From NCBI GenBank assembly GCA_013265495.1, contig MU061579.1:5888963-5952962 (forward strand): a stretch of DNA of 64,000 nt, given 5' to 3'. The notes beneath the pieces are model-generated. The model was not told where the DNA came from. It saw nothing but the letters and a program-made list of their open reading frames with translations, and made no database searches. The stretch comes from Vicugna vicugna (taxonomy: Eukaryota). The position numbers and the translations under genes are program-made. The first letter of the stretch is position 1, and each line of letters starts with the position of its first letter. This document shows, one piece after another, positions 51,715 to 64,000 of this stretch.

Positions 51715-52020
51715 TTGTAGAAATTTTTATTGAGTGTGCACTGTATGTACCAAGCAGTGTGTGAGGCATTGAACAGAATGCAAACAGTCCCTGTTCTCAG
51801 GTAGCTTGCTGTCAAATAGAAGAGATACATGAAATAAGGATAATGGCTAATCCCTAGGGCATCAGTGAGATTCTATGACAGTATTTAAGACTATGTCATC
51901 CAGGTGGGATTTCCTGAGGAACTGATGACTGAGCCTAAATCTAAAGATTGAGAGAAGAGTATGAAGATGAAGAAGGGAAGAGGATTGAGTGGGGAGGGCA
52001 TTTCAGACAGAGACAAGATA
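51715..52020 (-). mobile_element. L2 3' end
   Basis: tttattgagtgtgcactgtatgtaccaagcagtgtg...cagtccctgttctcaggtagctt. Confidence 0.65.
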
Positions 52021-52172
52021 ACGTGTCCTCTTCTCCTCTTTTAATCAGACCCAAATCATGAATCCATGAGCTAATTCTCCCTCTTAAATACCAGATCTGC
52101 CCACCGTGCTCAACTTCCACTAACTCTTCTTTTACTTGCTAGTATTATTTTATCATTACCCTAATATGCAGG

Positions 52173-52538
52173 CGTTAATGAACTGAATGTCTGTATACCC
52201 CAAATGCACATGTTGAAAACCTACCACCTCAGTGCAATAGTATTAGGAGCTGGGGCCTTTAGGAAGTAAGTAGGATTAAATGAGATCATGAGGGTGAAGT
52301 CCTCATGAAGGGAATTACTGTCTTCATAGGAGTCACAAGAAGAGTTTGCTTCCAATCTCTGCTCTCATCCAGAAGAGGCTAAAACAAGAAATTGGTAATC
52401 TGCAGCCTGGAAGAGGGCTATCACCAGAATTCAACCAGGCTGGTACCTTAATCTCAGATTACCAGACTCCAGAATGGTGAGAAATAATATTTTGTGTCAC
52501 CTAATACTTTTTTATAGCAGCCCAGATTGACTAAGGCA
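52173..52538 (+). mobile_element. MLT1A/MST-like solo LTR
   Basis: ttaatgaactgaatgtctgtatacccc...tatagcagcccagattgactaaggca. 5-bp TSD gcagg (52168-52172 / 52539-52543). Confidence 0.88.
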
Positions 52539-53579
52539 GCAGGCTATCAACATTTACATATTCTCAAAATCTTCCTTACTTCTTCAAAAGTTGCTCTAAA
52601 ATCTCTTATCAAAATCTAGTCCAGTCCTTACAGACTTAACCCTCTTTCTCCTTTCACTTCTCCTCTGCAAATTTCATTGTCGTCTGCCTTAAATTCTCCT
52701 TTGTTTTATAGTGGAAATCCTGATAGTTCTCAATCTTCCAACCGTCTCCAAGTGTTCTTGTTGTTTTGTTTGTTTGTTTGTTTTTTGATGCTTTTTCTAA
52801 GTGTCAAAGATGTACAAAATTTCTCATAGGGGTAATGGAGAAGGAAAAGGAAGAATAAATTTCACAAATCTTTTATTTACTTTCTTTCCTTTTTTAAGTG
52901 GAGAGGACATAATTATATATTTCGTAGTTTTATTTCTCAGTATGGCTCAAATTTAGGCTCATATCTTTTCCTATATATTATGAGTTGAAAAAATATTAAT
53001 TCTAATTTAGAATAAGGTTACGAGGTTTATTTTATGACAAATGGTGAAAAGATGTTTTATTATAACAAAATATTTTAACCTGAACTTGAATATATTCTTG
53101 ATATGGCATACCTGAGGAGAGAATCCAGACCTTATGAATGAATTACTCTAAGAAAGTGAACAGGGTTTTGCATGGTAGCCATGCAATTCTATCTTACCCG
53201 GACCTACATTCCCCATCTACTATGTTAACATTCTGACTCTTTTTTTTTTTTTTTAAGTCATTTTGTAGTGTAGGTCAGTGACAAGTTAGAAGCAATCTTT
53301 ATTTCGCTCTAGTGCTTGCAAGTATTCCAAATTCATGGGAATCAGCAGTGTCCTGAAATTCAGTTAGAAGTATGAAAAAGTAAACAATCTGAAAATACAC
53401 TTTTCATAGCCCATATCATCTGCATACTATCACTTAATTTTCAAATAATCTAGTGGGATATTTTAATATTTATCCCTAGCAATAGAAAATTAAAATTCAT
53501 GGAAAATAATAAATTTGCTTTATAACATACACTAACAGCAGAGGAATTAGAACAAGAATTGATTTAGCCAATAGCTAAA

Positions 53580-54830
53580 TTCAGCGGTCAATTTTTTAGC
53601 CACTTCTCCCTCTATCTAGTATTTATATTTAATGATTCCAGTATTTTTAAATGGTATTTTTTGCCATCTGACTTCTGGAACACCATATTCCTTTATCATT
53701 TTTTCTTTATCTCACTGGCTGCTGCTTCTTACTTTCCTTTCCTCTCCCCTCATCACCATTCTGATTTCTAAATACTAGATTAAGAGTTAGTCTTTGGGTA
53801 TCTTCTCTAACTACACTAGATCCTTAGGTGATCTTAGTTAGTCCCACAACTAAAGTACCAATTTGATACTTAGAAATACTCAAATTTATGCTTCCAAATA
53901 AGACCTGTCTCCAGAACTTCTGCTTCTTGTTCCATATTTTTATAATATATAAGTATATAGATCTCAAATTAAGTGTATGCACAACACAATACCATCTTTG
54001 CTATAGTCAAGCCCTCCTTCAGTCTTCCCCATGCCCAGTATAATGGTGACTTTTTGTATTCAGTTGTTTAGGCAAAATTCTTCTCATTTTGTCACATCTA
54101 ATCTCCATTATATCTGAAAATTTCATTAGCTTGACCTTAAAATAAATGCAGAACAGAACACTCTCACCACCTCCATGGCTAACACCCTCGAGAAAACAAT
54201 GTATCTTTCCCTTGGTTTGTTGCCTCCCTTGTAGCACAAACAATACTGTCAAAAAAAAAATCAGACTATGTTCTTTTCTTGCTTAAAGCTCTCTAGTGGC
54301 TTCCTGTTCCATAGTAAGAGCTTAATTCCTTAAAATCTCTGTATCTTTGCCCCCATTATCACTGTGGCTTCATCGCCTACCCTAGCCTGCTCAACAATTT
54401 AACTCTAGTCTTTGGTGTTATTGCCATTGCTCCAGCACACTTAGGAATATTATGCTGTCTGAGACTTTACACTTTCGTGTTTTCCTCCTAGAATGACTTC
54501 CCCAGGATATTTATGTGGCTTGCTCCCCAATTTTCTACAAACATATCAATAAAGTGCCAGCTTTCAAACATACTTACTATGACTATCCTGTACAAAGAAC
54601 TCTCTTCCACTTGCTTTCACCTTGTCCTTCCTTGGACAGGAAAAAAAAAAGGTTTTTAAAATATCGCTATTGCCACTTAACGTTTATTTCTTTTATTTTT
54701 ATTCTCCCCACATACTTTTCAACTTCATGTCACCAAGGACTGAAAACTCTCTTCATTCTTATCATTTTCAACCCCTGTTCCAATGTCTTATACAGAGGAG
54801 ATTCAAAACAAGTATCTGTTGAATGAATTA
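53580..54830 (+). mobile_element. L2 remnant with 3' end
   Basis: tccttaggtgatcttagttagtccca...gcttaaagctctctagtggcttcc...tgttgaatgaat. Confidence 0.7.
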
Positions 54831-56366
54831 GCAATCCTCAAACACATTACGAACACATTAGAAATAGTAATAATAACCGTGAGTAAGAAACAGTGCATTG
54901 ATCCAGGGAGCTTTGTCAAAATTCATTCACACTGTTATCTTTCTCCAATTACTCTTAAATATTGTATCAGATCCTTCCAATGGAGGAAAATTCTGACAAT
55001 GTTTTCTTGATGATGCTGATTTAAAAATCTCTCCCTCAAATCTTCGAAACTCTTGGACTTCCACTAGCTCCAAACAGCATAATTGTCTTCATGGAGTTTC
55101 ATAGCCACTCAGGAAATATTTTTGACAATTAGTAAGACAGGATGAGTTATGAGATCACGGTTAATGTGACAGTTCCAAGTAAATGCTTGATGAATTATCA
55201 CTTATTTGGGAGGATGTAGGTAAATGATGGATAGACTCCAAATGCTTAAAAAACTACTTCACAGTGAACTACCAACACAGAAAGGTCACAACCAACCCTC
55301 AGGATCCCTGAGGCTCCCGTGTAAACCAGGAAGTAAGGTTTGAGATAGTGGATCTATGTAAGTATACTTAGAACAGCAGTTACGATTCTGCATAAGAGAC
55401 GCAGGTGAATAATAAGGATCACGTCATTTTTATCTCTGAATTGAACTTCTAATACGAAGCCCCACTTTACCTCTTAGCAGAAATTAATCTCATTCTTTTT
55501 TTTTTCCTCTTCCACATCCTTTTCCTTGAAGCTGATTCTGAAATCTGTAGTCTTCATATAATGGCAAGGTATGGGATGGAGATGGAATTGCATTGTTTAA
55601 TTGAATTTACTACATTTATTTAATGGAATCTGTTAATGATGGCATCCACTAAGAGTTAGATCTTTCCATATGGCCACCTCTCGGTCTTCTATCAGTTGTA
55701 GTAGCTTTTTAGGTCTTGCAGGTCTCTAGTCAATCTGATAAACAGGTAACATTTTTCTGCTTCAGTAAAAATTTGAGTGTTTCAGATAATTCTTTCCCAC
55801 TCCCAATTCCCTGTGTTCTTAAACAAATGGAGTTTGCTTGCCAAGTATGTGACATCTTATGCTGCTCAGATGTTCTGTGCTCAATATTCTTGCCACTCTT
55901 CTGTGCACAAGACTTGTTCTGCTCTTCCTGTAATTTTCTGGGACTTCCTTGAAGCTATCCTAAATCCTGTCTAAGGATGTCACAGAATTATATATTCTTA
56001 GGGGCCCTACTCTCTGCTCTTACATCTAAAAATCCTTTAGGATTTACAAAGTTCTCCTTTTTAACTTCCAACTCTTTCCTAACTCCCAGACCAGAAAACA
56101 TTACAAATCACAGGGATAAATAATCCTGCTCTAAAGTCATAATTTTATTGTATTTTTCCCAATATACATTGTGTTTGCCTGGAATCCTTTCTTTTTCTCC
56201 CCACTCATTCCACTTTCATCCTTTTTTTAAAAGTTCCTTTTTTTTTTTTTGCTCTTTGAGATGGTAAGTACTCTCACAAAATGATGAAAGAGTGGACTGG
56301 AGGAGGTGACAAATGGTAAAAAAAAAATACAAGGAACAAAAGCAAGGAAGAGAAATAATGTTTTTA

Positions 56367-57087
56367 AAACTTAGAGTCATCAAAACTGTAGATACAGGAA
56401 GTAGAACAATGATTTCCAGGGGCTGAAAGGAGAGGGAAACGGGAGATTGATGTTTAATGGGAACAGAATTTCAGGTTTACAAGATGAAAAAAGTTACTGT
56501 TGCATAACATTATGGATGGATTTAATACCACTGAATTGTACACTTAAGATGGTTAAGATGTGTATATCTGGGTATTTAAATTTGAATAAAAATGTTAGCA
56601 GAAGATGGATCTGAAAAAGGCAGTGAGGTCAAAAACACATTAGTAAGAACAAATGGAACTTAAAGCTGTATAATACAAATGTTTAGCTGTGATCCTCACA
56701 TTAACACTCACTGCCTCTTCTAAGTAATCTTGTAGTTGAGTCACTTTGTCCCCAGGGCTCCTCCTTTCCATAAAACCCTGCCTCTGATATTTCATCACAA
56801 TTAGGATGTCAATGACATTGAAACCTAAGGAGTTATCCTTTCTTGGAGGCTGACACACCCAGAGATAGTGTCCAAAAGTAAAGGTAGGAAGTTGTAACCA
56901 TGGACATGCCACTGGGTGAGGGAAGCTTGAGGACCTGAGGCTGCGCTCTGTCCTCATCCCCATGATTACACTGTGGGCCTTACACCAGCTTGTTACATTA
57001 GGCATGGGGACACACTAAGACAGAAGTGAAAAAAATTTTAAGATGGTAAATTTTATGTTATATGTGTTTTACCATCATTTAAAAATA
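56367..57087 (+). mobile_element. L1MB-like 3' UTR end, split by a 477-bp insertion
   Basis: 56367-56560 ends ccactgaattgtacacttaagatggttaagatg. It resumes at 57038 with ttaagatggtaaattttatgttatatgtgttttacca. Confidence 0.85.
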
Positions 57088-57501
57088 GGAATAAATGCCT
57101 TATTTTGTCAGATAAAAAAGTATGGAACATTTGCCAATGATACATGGTTTCTTAATACCCCAGATCTCCCTAAATAGTACCTCCTCATCTAATCAGTGTT
57201 TTCTTTGCACCGCACCCCATACACACACCCAGTTAAGAATATGGTACCTTAGTGCTGAATTCTTAAAGTCATACTAGTATGAAAATGGTTATCAACAGCC
57301 TACTTTTCTTCAGGAAAGAAAGAAATCATTTATATAATAAAAGGATCATATGGACAGGATCTAAGGATAAAATATAATGGAAAAGGGGTAAGGAGCCTGT
57401 TCAGATATTTTGGCATAGACAGGTCTCACGCTGCTGCAGGTGTCAGCATGCAGGCCTACACAGGAGACTGAATCAGGTGTGTGAACACAAAATAAAATTT
57501 C

Positions 57502-57897
57502 TTATATCAGTCAGCATGAGTAATGCTGGCTGCTATGACAAAAAAAAATTCCAAATCTTAATCAGTTGACACAATACAAGTTATCTCTTTTGTAATCAAA
57601 ATAAAACATGGATATTTCTGACTGAGCTATTTTCCTAGTGGCTGGCTTCCCAGCAGTCACTCGGCTTCAGGCTGCCCACACCTTGGGTACCACCCACCAT
57701 CCTCAATGTGCAGACTACAGCGTCACTGTATAACACAAGGATGTTTATTGTCTCCAATTGGCAAGTGGTAACCTCACTTCCACCCTGATGCCAGTGAACC
57801 CAATTACTTATGTGGCTCACCTAGATTAAGAGGCTGAAACATGTAGTCTTCTTCAATGGAAATTCTTCGGTGAATGCATAGCTTTATCACTGCCACA
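57502..57897 (-). mobile_element. Old MLT1 (MaLR) LTR
   Basis: tatatcagtcagc...gctgctatgacaaa...aggctgaaacatgtagtctt...ctgccaca. Confidence 0.7.
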
Positions 57898-58312
57898 GGA
57901 CTTTATGACCAACTCTTTGAAAGACAGGAAAGGAGGGAAGAGACTTTAACAAAAGTAAGCCCTCTAACAGCAGCTGTAGCTTCCAGCTAAAAGCTAGTTT
58001 GCCAGAGAATGAAGCATTAAAATGTCTGGTGGTCAGGCATTTGCCTTTTCTGCCTTTCCCACCCCTCTCTGGTAATAGCAACATCTTGGGATATGAGAGC
58101 ATAATGGACAGCAGTATGTCAATAACTATTAAATGTCAAAGGGATAGAAATCAGATAAAAATGAAAAATCCTGAACTGTTTAAGCCCTCAAACAAGTTTG
58201 ACAGGAAGGCCATATCTTCAATTACTCATAACCCCATTTTCATACAAGAGAGTCTCCCATCTTTTATGAAGTCTCCCACCATACCCTACCCATTCTCATT
58301 ACTACCACATAA

Positions 58313-58313
<1 letters not shown>

Positions 58314-58343
<30 letters not shown>
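58314..58343. repeat. (CA)15 microsatellite
   Basis: Perfect CA run. Confidence 0.97.
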
Positions 58344-58345
<2 letters not shown>

Positions 58346-59679
58346 TAAACGACAATAGAAGAAAGAAGTTGAACTTTGTGGAAAATAGAAAAGGTAGAAG
58401 GAATTTTGGAAAGAAAGCAGAGAGGAAATAGGGGTTCTGACTGATCTCTAATATTAGTGACTATCAAGAAAATGTTTAAGCAAAAAAAGCAGAGGTGTGG
58501 GATTTTTCAAGTAACATTTTGAAATGAAAAATCAGCAATGAGTTGAAAAAAAAAACAAAAAAAATCCCAAGAGGTGATTGTTCTGATGTTCATGCTAGGA
58601 TTTAAATTTAGCTTTTAAAATTTTCCTGCTCTAACAGCTTTGACATTTAAAAAAATTAAGAACTTTTACAAAGTTAGGTTTATTCTGTTGCATTTAAAGC
58701 ACTCTGTGTGTTCAGTAAATGTCATAATGCCATTAAATCGCCTTCACAGACATGCAATTTTATCCTCTTACTGTGGGCTCTTAATGCAATGAGTGCTTCA
58801 GGGAATACAATGTAGAGCCTGGGAGCCTGGCTAGAAGTTTTCAAATCCTTAGAGTTGAGCTTGAATTTTCCTACTGTGTCATTAAGAAAGATTCTCAATT
58901 AGTGTGGTATTTACTCTCTCTTATTTTGTTTTTATAAGATTCACCTTTCAAAAATTTCCATCTGTAAAATACATTCATTTAGTTAGAAAAGTGTATAAAA
59001 ACTAATACCTGAAAAATAGCAGTTTATCATATTGCTTTCATTATATGACATAACCAAGTGTGTTGCTAGGCAACTGGTTATGGCTTTTGGAAAACTGCAT
59101 ACTTTATAATAGACTACTTTAGAGGCACTTTTTCAAAACAAATAGAATAGAGTTATCTAAAAGCATCTCCTGAAACTCTATATAGAAAATGGAAAATGGT
59201 TTTTGAAAAAGTCAACATCTCTAAAAGTGAGGAGGAGATGCTTCTGTTATATAGGTACTGAAGTTCTCATTTTGCAGAGACGAGAGAGAGAGAAATTGAG
59301 ATAGAGAGCTTAAATTTGTTTATAAGCATTCAAACTGCTAATGGAAATGTTAATTATAAATTATTCATTATATTTAATTTTATTCAAATATTCCTTTGGT
59401 TAGGAAAAACATTATAATCACTTGGAAAAACTGAACTAAAAAATAGATTTTTAATAAATAAACATAAAGTAAATTTCTGAAGCCCTGGTTCTGTCTACTG
59501 ATTTCCCAACTACTCTCTTATGTATAGAAATGGTTAGCAAACTAAAGGAACTGTTTTTGGTGACTAGCACTCCTCAGCAATGATTTACTTTAGTATGGAA
59601 AGGATTATTGCATTGAACAGAAATTCAGAATACTTAATATATAAAGTCTATTCCAAACTCAATTTTTTATGACTTCAAA

Positions 59680-60610
59680 GCGTTATCTTTATTCTTTAAC
59701 AGAATATTTTAAATGATAAAGTGATATATGTTAGCTATAGAAATTCTGAGAAATATAGAAACACATTAAAAAAAGATTAATCACTCCCAATATTAAAACC
59801 TAAAAAAATTAATTTTAGTATAAATCTTATTAGACATTTTCTTTTAATTTTGTTATTAATATTTTAGTATTAATCTTATTAGACATTTTTTTCTTTATGT
59901 GTTATTTTAGATTATTCATTTTTGTTTTCACTTTTTTATCAATTTGTTATTCTATATATCATATCATATATATAAGATATAAAATTATATATGAGATATG
60001 TAGTATATATGTATATCATATTTATAGTTTACCTTTTCCAGTTAGTTATATTGTGAGCATTTTTTCATATGTAACTTCTTTGAAATAAATTTTTGGATAA
60101 GTGAGTGACAGCCACAATATGGCTGTAACAGTATTTAGTTATTTTACTATAATTGGGATTTTTCACCAATTTTTCATTATTATAAATAATGCTGCATTGA
60201 ATGCTCTTACTTACAAATCATGATTCACATATCTGTTGATTTCCTTACGGTAGGTGGCTGCAAGCGCATTTACTGAGTCAAAGAGTACATATTATTTTAA
60301 GACTGTAAATACATATTTCTTGTTGTTTTTCAGTAAGCAAAAGAAAAAAAAGAGTCTACCTTCTTAAAAAATACCAAGGGATAAGCATGGGTAATGCAAC
60401 CTCATTGACACTAGATATTACTAGATTAAACATTACGTCAGTTTAAAGACAAAGAGCGTTTTGTGGTTTTACTGAAATTGGATATAGTTTTTCTTATGGT
60501 CTATATTTCTTTTTTTTTTTTTTGTATTTTGTAAATTTGGGTCCTTTGCCCATTTTTCAGTTCAAGCATTCTTGCCTTTCTTTTTAATTTTGTAAGTTTT
60601 TAACCTACAT
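59680..60610 (-). mobile_element. Very old L1 (L1ME-like) fragments
   Basis: ttttcattattataaataatgctgcattgaa...tactgagtcaaagagtacat...gtcctttgcccatttttc. Confidence 0.6.
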
Positions 60611-60659
60611 TTATTGGGGTGACACATTTCAGAAAGCTGGATTTATTTGGACTCTTTTT

Positions 60660-61510
60660 AGTGTAATTAAGATGGAAGTTTCAAGATATTGAAAAAGACA
60701 GAGTCCAGTCTAAGATTTTTATATCTTACAGCAGGGACAGCTATCTATTGGAGGCTATCTTGCCAAGAATTATGTTTGAGGAATTATGTTTTAAGGAATT
60801 ATGCTTCTTTAGTTCTTGTGTGTGTGTGTGTGGTTTTTTTAAATTGAAGTATAGTCAGTTACAATGTGTCAATTTCTCATGTACAGCATAACGTCTCAAG
60901 CATGCATATATATATACATATATTCATTTTCATATTCTTTTTCATTAAAGGTTATTACAAGATATTGAATATAGTTCCCTGTGCTATACAGCAGACATAT
61001 GTTTTTTATCAATTTTTATATATAATGGTTAACACCTCATATCTCAGACTCCCAAACTCTCAGACTATCCCTTCCCACCCTCTTCCCATGTAACCAACCA
61101 TAAGATTGTTTACTATGTCTGCAAGTCAATGTTTCTGTTTTGTAGATGAGTTCATTAGTGTCCTCTTTTTTATTTTTATTTTTTTAGAGTCCACATATGA
61201 GTGATATCATATGGTATTTTTCTTTCTCTTTCTGACTTACTTTGCTTAGAATGACGATCTCCAGGTTGTTTAGTTCTAATTGTTGTCTTTACTTCTAGTG
61301 GAAACATCCTCAGTCTCTGCCAGTCAGATGCTGACTATGAAGAAGTTCTAAGAGGTGGCAGAGCCATCACAGAATGAGCTCCAGTGCTTGTGTCACCAAC
61401 TGTAGGAGTGCCACCTATTCACGAATCCCTCCCTTGATTGTTACTTGCATGAGAAATAATCTTCCAGTGTTTTGTGCTCTCTTTGCTTTAGCTACTCTGT
61501 TTCAGTAATG
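60660..61510 (+). mobile_element. Old MLT1-like LTR split by a younger L1
   Basis: The right part gtggcagagccatcac...ttgcatgagaaataatcttcc resembles an MLT1 3' end. The left boundary is uncertain. Confidence 0.4.
60817..61268 (-). mobile_element. L1 3' UTR fragment with (TG)n in its tail
   Basis: aaattgaagtatagtcagttacaatgtgtc...agaatgacgatctccagg. TSD tttagttct (60808-60816 / 61269-61277). Confidence 0.92.
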
Positions 61511-61883
61511 CACTGATAATCTGTTCCCTGAGAGACATCATTTCCCTTCTTCAGCTCTCTGCAAAGGTAAATCCCAGTGCTCACTTGATCATGAGGCAAA
61601 TCTAGAATTTTTTACCCATAACTCATGGCCAACCTCTGAGGTCACACCAAGTGACAGCCTCAGATGAAGGTGTTCTGACCCCTTGTGTTATTTCCCCTGG
61701 GACAGAGAAGATTGACCACCACAAATCACACACTTCTTAATCTCATTTTATTTACTCTTGTGGGATTGATGGTGATGTTTATTCAAAGTTTCTTTTCTCA
61801 CCTCATTTGAGACCTTAAAAGATAGTCTCTTTTCTCTCAATAAAATTTAATGAGGAAGCAAAAAATAGACACTTTTCATAGCA

Positions 61884-62653
61884 TTTTTTTTAATTGAAGT
61901 ATAGTTGACTTACAATGTTGTATTAATTTCTGGTATATAGCACAGTGATTCAGTTATACATATACATTCTTTTTCATATTCTTTTTTATTATGGGTTTTT
62001 ATAAGCTGTTGAATATAGTTCCCTGGGCTATACGGTATAAACTTGTTTTTATCTATTTTGTATGTAGTACTTTATATCTGCTAACCCCAAATTCCTAATT
62101 GATCCCACCCCCTCACCCTTAGGTAACTGTAAGTTTGTTTTCTATATCTATGAGTCTGTTTCTGTTTTGTAAATAAGTTCATTTGTGTCTTTTTTTTAAG
62201 ATTCCACATATAAGTGTTATCATGGTATTTTTCTTTCTCTGACTTACTTCACTTAGTATCATAATCTCTAGGTCCATCCATGTTAGTGCAAATGGCAACA
62301 TTTCATCCTTTTTATGGCTGAGTAGTATTCCATTGTATATATACACCACTTCTTTATCCAGTCATCTGTCAGTGGACATTTAGGTTGCTTCCATGTGTTG
62401 GCTATTGTATGTAGTGCTGCTATGAATATTGGGGTGCATGTACCTTTTTGAATTAGAGTTCCCTCTGGATATATGCCCAGGAGTAGAGTTGCTGGATCAT
62501 ATGGTAAGTCTATTTTTCATTTTTTGAGGAATCTCCATAGTGTTTTCCATAGTGACTGCACCAAACTACATTCCCACCAACAATGTTGGAGGGTTCCCTT
62601 TTCTAGACACTTTCTCCAGCATTTATCATTTGTGGACCTTTTGATCATGGCCA
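61884..62653 (-). mobile_element. L1 3' fragment (about 770 bp)
   Basis: Canonical antisense L1 3' UTR and ORF2 end. Imperfect TSD tcatagcatttt (61876) / tcatagaacttt (62654). Confidence 0.92.
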
Positions 62654-63299
62654 TCATAGAACTTTTGAATACACTATATATTCTTGCCTCTGTTTTAATG
62701 TTCTATCTTCTGGGAACTTTTAAATGCTATAGACAAATAGTTACATTTTTCTTCCCCACCTTTATCAATTGCCCATGGGAAAGGCTGCATGGTAGGGTGA
62801 GGCTCTTCAGTTCTCTTAAGGAAGATTTGGCTGGCTGTCTCTCAGAACTACTGGGAGCTATGATAAACTATGTATGTAAATGTTTACATGTCAGATACAT
62901 GAAAAAAATACTGTGGTGAGCTTTTACAATGACTTTGATTCCCTGGCTTCACATTCTCTTTCTGAAGATCTGAGATGAGTCTTGGCAATACTCAAGCTTA
63001 ATAATTTGCCCAGATAATTCTGGCTGTACTTAGTCTTGGAAACACATGCTTAATGTTTTGAAAAATCAGTATCAAATAATTAATTATAAATTACTGACTT
63101 CTACTATTAATTGAAAATTGCCCTCTGGTTACTCCTTCCTTACTCATATTTTTATTGCAATAATTTTCTTAAAAATTAATAATATTTTTGATTCAAAATT
63201 CTGTTTGTTTTATTATGTTAACAATAATTGTTTCTATGTTACTTCTTCCTGGTTTCGTGGCTCATTAAAAAAAAATGTTTTATACCATGAACTTCCCTT

Positions 63300-64000
63300 C
63301 TTGAAAAATTTATTTTGATGCATGTTTCCATTACCTGGATATATCTTCTAGTAATTTTTTCAGGATGACTACTTAGGTAGCATAATTTTCATGTCCTTGC
63401 ATGTCAAAGAATCTCTTTCTCCTGCAAATAAATTATGGCTTCTGAAGGTATAGAGTTCTTAGACCTTAATCTTTTCTTTCAAAGCTGCTGGTGTTGCTGT
63501 ATTGATTTCTGACCCTTAATGATCAGGAGAAAAAAAAAACCTAACACCAACCTCATTATATCCTTTGAAAGCAACCCATCTTTTCTGCTGGACATGCAGG
63601 GTGTCTATTTTTACTAAATTTGCCTGGTACTCTCTGACCTCTTTTGATCTGATGTCTCAAGTCTTTCCTCAGATCAGGAAACTTTTTAAACTTTTTAAAG
63701 TTGATGATCATATTTCTACCACCTTTTTCTGTTCTCTTTTATTCTAATTTCAAATAGCAATATAGTGGTTCTTCTCATCCTTACCCAATATTTTTCAGCT
63801 CTTACTATCTAAATGAATACTTTTTCCTGCAAAATCCAATCAAATGATGATTACCTCTATTTTTAAATTTTATCATAATTTTCTTTACATGAGTACATTC
63901 TTTTCTGATCTTAGTTTCCTCTTTTTAAATTCCAATAGTCTAGATTTTGTTGTAATTAAAAATTATATACTTTATTAGGTTCTACCTACCATTTTTTGTG
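63300..64000 (-). mobile_element. Very old L1 (L1M/HAL1-like) remnant
   Basis: T-rich degenerate antisense L1 motifs (tgcatgtcaaagaatctcttt; gtatagagttcttag; tctttcctcagatcaggaaactttt). Confidence 0.45.

Noticed and set aside
62473..62919. 148-aa ORF
   Set aside because: It begins in antisense L1 and continues into unrelated flank.
1..64000. CRISPR arrays, operons or other prokaryote-type systems
   Set aside because: The sequence is mammalian and repeat-rich. It has no regularly spaced direct repeats and no gene-dense ORFs.

Overview
AT-rich mammalian non-coding DNA, most likely from a camelid (alpaca/camel). It carries a Vic-1-type tRNA-derived SINE and relatively young L1 3' ends, and I saw no Alu, BovB/Bov-tA or PRE-1. 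I found no host protein-coding exon, RNA gene or CRISPR array. Every ORF in the track is an L1 ORF2 remnant, an N-gap artefact or a chance ORF. About half the window is interspersed repeat: 5'-truncated L1s (many with readable target-site duplications, TSDs), solo LTRs (MLT1/MaLR, MLT2, LTR16, MER21-, MER34- and MER41-like), old L2/MIR and Tigger/hAT MITEs. Family names are assigned from memory, not from a database search. I see no convincing novel biological system. The best leads are: (1) a 477-bp non-repeat 'orphan' insertion with an 8-bp TSD that splits an old L1 tail (56561-57037); (2) a minus-strand AG|GTAAGT junction resembling a recursive splice site (8930/8931); (3) a CpG-enriched putative regulatory element (9270-9920); (4) an 86-bp inverted-repeat element next to NF-kB/AP-1 motifs (37317-37555); (5) a short L1 3' transduction (22352-22390).
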